DNA from: Neophaeotheca triangularis
Taxonomy: Eukaryota
Direction of reading: 5' to 3'
NCBI GenBank assembly: GCA_054600435.1
Contig: BAAIJX010000006.1
Coordinates: 434,001-498,000, forward strand
Length of the DNA stretch: 64,000 bases
The notes below the pieces were generated by a model. That model did no database searches. It was not told where the DNA came from and was given only the letters and a program-made list of their open reading frames with translations. This document shows positions 58,963-64,000 of this stretch, one piece after another; position 1 is the first letter of the stretch; each line of letters opens with the position of its first letter. The position numbers and the translations under genes were made by a program.

Positions 58963-60319
58963 CGTGGCGGCGTTCCTAGAGGTAGGCCTGGGTACTGCTT
59001 TAATCTGGATGAGCTCAATATTAGCCCAGTGAAAAAAAAAAAAAAAGATGGTGGAAGTACTGAATCGTTGACTTGAGGGTTGAGCCCGGGTATGATTAAA
59101 TGTTGAAGTGTTCAACGTGACAGCAAGTCGAAGGTCGAGAGCCAGTTACTTCACCTCACTGGGGGGTGGTCAAGGGAATCGACAGTCAATCAACTTACCC
59201 TGGAAATACCTGTTCTCTATTGGCGTTGGAAGGGGGAAGCAGCTAGGATGTCTTTGCAAAGCGAGTGACTGGACCAGGCGATGGTGAAGTGAATGTGGTG
59301 GTTCTGGTGGAGCGGTTTTCCAGATTGGTGGTGTATTAAAGTTGCAGGTCCAGCCATGGAAAGCACGAAGGCTTCGATGCTCAGGCCGGCTGACTCATGA
59401 GAGCCTTTTCCCCAGTCCGAGCTTCGTGGGATCCGCAAGTGAATGAAAGGAGAAGGCATGAGGTCGAGGAAAGTGGGGCTTGAGGCCTTGGCAGTTGTGG
59501 CAGCGTCACGTGGTGGATATTTTTCTTGCTGTCCACTTACTATGTACGTCGGATCGTGATTTGATAGTGTGCCTGCTGGCATAGTATAGCAGTTCATAGA
59601 GTCATCCGCTACATTGGGATGGTAAATGATATATAAGCTTTCTGATTGAGAAGCGGAGGCTCGAGGGAGAGAGATGAAGTCATATTTGTTGTAAGCAGTC
59701 TAGAGATGCACAACGAGAGGCGAAGCAGTAGACGATGATTTGAAGAATTATTACGTATCTACCTTCTGCTAGTAGGGTCGGCTGATACTGTCTCTCCACC
59801 TCTTTGTCGTGCCGCCCAAGTTGTCAAAGCCAGCAAGTTTGCCTGTGCTGCCCACCACGAGCCCGTCGGCAGGCGGACGCCTAGCCATTGGAAACGGTCT
59901 CTAGAAACATTGAAGTTCATTTGACCATGGATAGAGTAACAACCGTGGCCAAAGGTGCCTGAGGGCAAGCAATGACGCTTCGCTTATATTGATATCGCTA
60001 GGAACCGTTGACACGTATGTCCGACATCTGCAAGACCATAGGTCTGGTCTAGCGTTGAAGCGCAAGTCCCGGCAACGCCTCTTTGCTACGTTTGTGCAAT
60101 CGCATTGTAAGAGAAGCACTGTCTCTTATCCCTAGAAGCCAATTGGAGGACCGCGCAAGAGATCTTTTCCAAGCTGAGTGATGGAGATATCGTTACAGTC
60201 ACGAGTAGTCAAGGTTATGCGCCGTCTCGCATGGCGACCAGGCGATGACATGGTGAGCTCACCAAGTGACCAAGTTTGTCCCTCCTCTTTTTACGCAATG
60301 TTCTTCTTCTGTTATTGCC

Positions 60320-63300
60320 TCACTCAAGATTGAGTACCTTCGTCTTGTCGCCGACAAAGTCACGTCGATACTGGACAATGCGCTTCATGATGTCGCTGGC
60401 GTCTAGCTTGCCTTTGGTGCCTCGGAGCTCTTTGATAACCTGGTTGAGGCCATCTGCCCACTCCCTGCGGTCGGCACCAGGCGGTAACGGGGCACTATTG
60501 CCCAAAGTCGAGATCAGCTCGGGGTCTAGAGGTCAGTAGCCTGTGTTAGCATCCCGCTCCCGCATGTATGCGCTAACAAACAAGTTGAAGAAAACAAAAC
60601 AATGCGATAAAATTTTCAAGTGGAAAAAGAAGACTGCTTCAGATACAACGCACCGCTGTAAGACATGTCCTTGAAATGCTGATAGTCGCAAGCATTGTCG
60701 TTGCACCTGCCGCCACCAAGCTCGAAAGGGCAGATGGGCTTATTGGCATCGATGCGGCTACTGTAAGTAGAGGATCTGAACCCGCCAGGGACAGCCGCGG
60801 GATACTCGGGATGAAATCGGTAGTCCTTGAAGCGCAAGAGAGGGCTTTCGTATGTCGTGAAACGAGGCTTGGGCTTGGGATCCTCCATAGTTTCGTTCTG
60901 GATTTCGAGTTAGTAAGAAAATTACTTGCAGAGCTTGAAGTGTACCTACGACTCTGGTGGGTGCTTCTGGCGGCGGAGCCTGCAACTCGGGCGCGAAGTC
61001 GGCTTCGTCGATTGTTGGCGTTTCGATTTCGTCGGCTTGCGCGTTGGAACTGAGGTCTGAGGCAGGTTCGTGCATGACCATGTGGTTCGCACTAAGCTCG
61101 ACACTCGGCTTCTGCCGGGTTATGGGTAGATCGACGTCTTCGGAGTCGGTGGAAGCTGAACTGCTAGTATCGGAGCTATCGGAATCGTCTTCTGATTGAG
61201 CTTTGCTTTGGCCGTCCGTTGCGTCGTAGACTGGAAAGCTTGTCTGGCGATCCAATGTTAGTTCGTTGTTCGTTTGTGAAGTCGAAGGGCCAGATGATTG
61301 TGTTGCAGGCGCAAGGCCTGGCAACCAATTCTGGGTTCGGGCTGGCGTTTTAACCGACGGGTTGACTTTTCTATTGGAGTCGCCCGTATCCTCAGGGGCA
61401 GAAGGTTCGCGAGATCCAGCAGCAGTTTCACTATGGTGGTGGTTAGACAAAGAGAAGGTTCTAGCCACAGGAGCTTCCTCAACATTATCTTCTTCCTCAG
61501 TTTCGATGTCCATCTCCTCACCGGACTCCGACTCGGACTCTGAACTAGCGGTAGAGGCGTCGTTCTTGATTGTCTCCTGATAACCGCTGACCATGTTTGT
61601 AAAGTTGGAGATTGAAGCATCGCTTACTTCCGCTTCTGTAGATGCTATCGTCTCTTCAGGCGCACGATTAGCTTGTAGAGCCTGATCCGCGGGCTTCGGA
61701 CGTGTCTCCTGCTCATAAGTAGCGCCACCGGACGAGGCTGCACCACGTTGAGCGGCTTCACCGTGTTCATTGGGAATGGCTGACTCGGGTCTCGCGGCGG
61801 CGTCTGTTTGTGGGAGCGATGTTGCGGGGGTTGTCTTGCCGCTGGCTTTCGCCAGTTTCTTTGCTTGATACTCCTCCATTTTTCGCTTAAGGTCCGCAAG
61901 CTGTTGCATCTTGCGTTCGTAAGCTGTAGCCGGGTCACCCCCAGGGGTGACAACAGTCGGCGTGCCGGGAGAAGAATGTTCAATCGTGGGCCCATTGTGC
62001 GGTCTAGGCGGGAAGTCGCGGATGAGACCTGGCCCACGCGTATGGGACGCGGTATTGTTGACTATGTTCGGATTGGTGTCGTATTCGTTGTCTTCGTCGT
62101 CGCTTGTCTCAATGATGCACGTCTCGTTAGGGTCATTGCGACCAAAAGGTTTCTTAACGGCAGGTGGTGGGGGTTGCTCTGGGAATGCGGCGGCAGCAGG
62201 CCGTTTGCGAGTCGGGTGTTGGTCGGCAGATGTATCTGCGGCATCCTTGATAATAGTCTTGCTTCCAAGCCCGTCATCTTTGTTCCCAGACGAAGCTACG
62301 GCGAAGCTTGGAGATGGGTCTCTTTGATCGCGCGCAACGTGACCTGGAACCGATGCGCTAGGGTGAAAATGAGCTATGCTGTCGTGGTTCTGTCCCGGCT
62401 GTGGAGATGACCCAATAGCCGTCGAAGCACATTGGAAACTGCCAAGACCGGGCAGGCTAGGATGTTGTCCGGCTACCATACCTAATCCTGGCAAGGAGAA
62501 TCTAGACGCACCTCCAAAAGGCGTAGGAGGAAGGGAGGGGGTTGTGGGCGAAGCCCTCGAGCCTGGTAGCTGGGGTGCAACTGGAGAAGAAACAGGGGAC
62601 GACGGCAAAGCTACTCCGCCTTGGGGAATGAGTGTGACGGGAGACGGACCGTCGTCTGCAGCATGAGGAGCTTCCGGTGTCTGAGCAGCAGCTGAAGAAG
62701 GCGTCTCAACCTGGGTCTGTTTGCTTTGGCGCGCCTTTTGCGCTTTCAGGGCGTCAAGCCTCTTGCGCAAGAGCTCATTTTTCTCCTCGTTCTTGGCCTT
62801 TGCAGGCGCTGCCTTCGACGTGTTGGGCTGCGGGACGGCGGGTACGCTGGAGACATGACTAGGGGCTGTGCTCGAATCTTGACTCGCAACAACAGCAGCG
62901 TTTGGCGTTTCAAGGCCCTTCGCCGAAGACGCAGTGGCTGCTACTTGGGTGATGGAAGGCGCGGCAGTCTCGCTTCGAACAAACTCTCCCACTGTGGCTT
63001 TCACTGGAGCCGTCGCCTCTTTAACAGTCTTTGCTTGCTTTGACCCATTTGCTCTGACCGCTGCCAGCCTCGCAAGCATCTCTTGACGTTCCGCTGTAGC
63101 CGCTTTGGCAGTCGCTGGGGGCTTGGCTGCCTTTGTGGATACTTTGGGCGCACTCAACGCAGCTTCCGGCTTTGCAATCGACTGTGGGTCCATCCTTTTT
63201 TCGCGTGGCGAAGCAAGCGCTGGACGAGCGCCTGCGTTGGTAGGCGAAGCGACATGTGCAGAAGTGTTAGATGGTTTGGAGCTTTTTGCTTCCGCAGGCA

Positions 63301-64000
63301 GAGGCAAGCCCAACTTCAGGTAGCACTGGCGAAGCTCACGCGAATAACGCGGCACCTCTGCCACCAAGGTATCGAAGGTATGACCAGCTTCATGCATGCT
63401 CCTGATAAACTGAAGCACCTGAGCTTCCTTTCCTGGACTTTCTTTTGCGGTCACGTTGCGAGGTGGTTGTCGCTGGAGTCTAGGATGTTGAAAGGGTTCT
63501 CTTGACACGGCTCTTGGTGCTCTGCGATCGGCTTGCGCGTTGAGATGCTGAGCGACTGTCTCGCGGCCCTTTGAACCCTTTATTGAGGAGGCTTGGGCTT
63601 GCATGTCTGATTGACGACCATTCGGCCGCCCACGCGTGCGCTTGTCCTCTGGGCTGGCGTTACGAGGCCCTTTCGGTGGCGGTCGCAGAAAGTCACGCGA
63701 TGTTCCCTCCATGGATTCATCCTCGTCAAGCTCGCCCTCTTCTTTCTCTGCACTTACCGAGTGCTGATGATGGGCCGCGCCATTCGTTGCAGCAGACGGT
63801 GAGCCACCCGCCAACGATTGGTTGCTACCAGCGTTTTGAGAGATCGTTGGGGGCAGGCTGAAGGCGCCGCTTTGGAAAAGCTGGCCGATGGCCATGAACT
63901 GTTCCGGAGTGATGCCCTGCAACATCTCCGGTAACTGCGCATTCTGCTGGAAGGCCGCCATCAAGCCGGGTATAGAGGCCGAGTTCTGCGCCGGCGTAGC
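60320..64000 (-). CDS. Red1/ZFC3H1-like protein with a C-terminal C3H1 zinc finger; 5' end outside the window; exons >64000-60950, 60897-60654, 60525-60320
   Basis: EKEEGEL motif, long low-complexity region, FTTYESPLLRFKDYRFHPEY..SSTYSSRIDANKPICPFELGGGRCNDNACDYQHF. Confidence 0.82.

Noticed and set aside
59759..60119. Two overlapping ~70-aa minus-strand ORFs downstream of the Red1-like gene
   Set aside because: No identifiable homology; could be UTR or a relic
1..64000. tRNA, rRNA, snRNA, TPP riboswitch, CRISPR or transposon signatures
   Set aside because: None recognised by eye; a covariance-model and repeat-library search would be needed to exclude divergent ones

Overview
Gene-dense, intron-containing genomic DNA of a filamentous ascomycete. 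The basis is GT-AG introns with CTRAC branch sites, HEX1, a HET-domain gene and an AspE-type septin; a Dothideomycete origin is an inference. About 26 protein-coding genes can be reconstructed by hand-splicing: casein kinase I, an intradiol dioxygenase, EPT1/CPT1, ATP18, two F-box-like proteins, MGR2, Vps64/SLMAP, a SET protein, a CPSF6-like RRM protein, a septin, HET, an AlcS-type GPR1/FUN34/YaaH protein, a glutathionyl-hydroquinone reductase, Rac, MIX17, EMC1, Rsr1/Rap, a secreted PEBP, HEX1, an SRA+AlkB fusion, a Red1-like zinc-finger protein (truncated by the window end) and several hypotheticals. Two decayed gene relics are also visible. No tRNA, rRNA, CRISPR array or intact transposon was seen. 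The standout signal lies upstream of the canonical HEX1 ATG: a two-intron, 204-codon in-frame extension with no AUG in any frame. It is capped 5' by an in-frame stop and starts at a CUG in strong context. This points to a non-AUG-initiated long Woronin-body protein isoform, with the short form made by leaky scanning. All exon coordinates were derived by eye and not checked against RNA-seq or databases.
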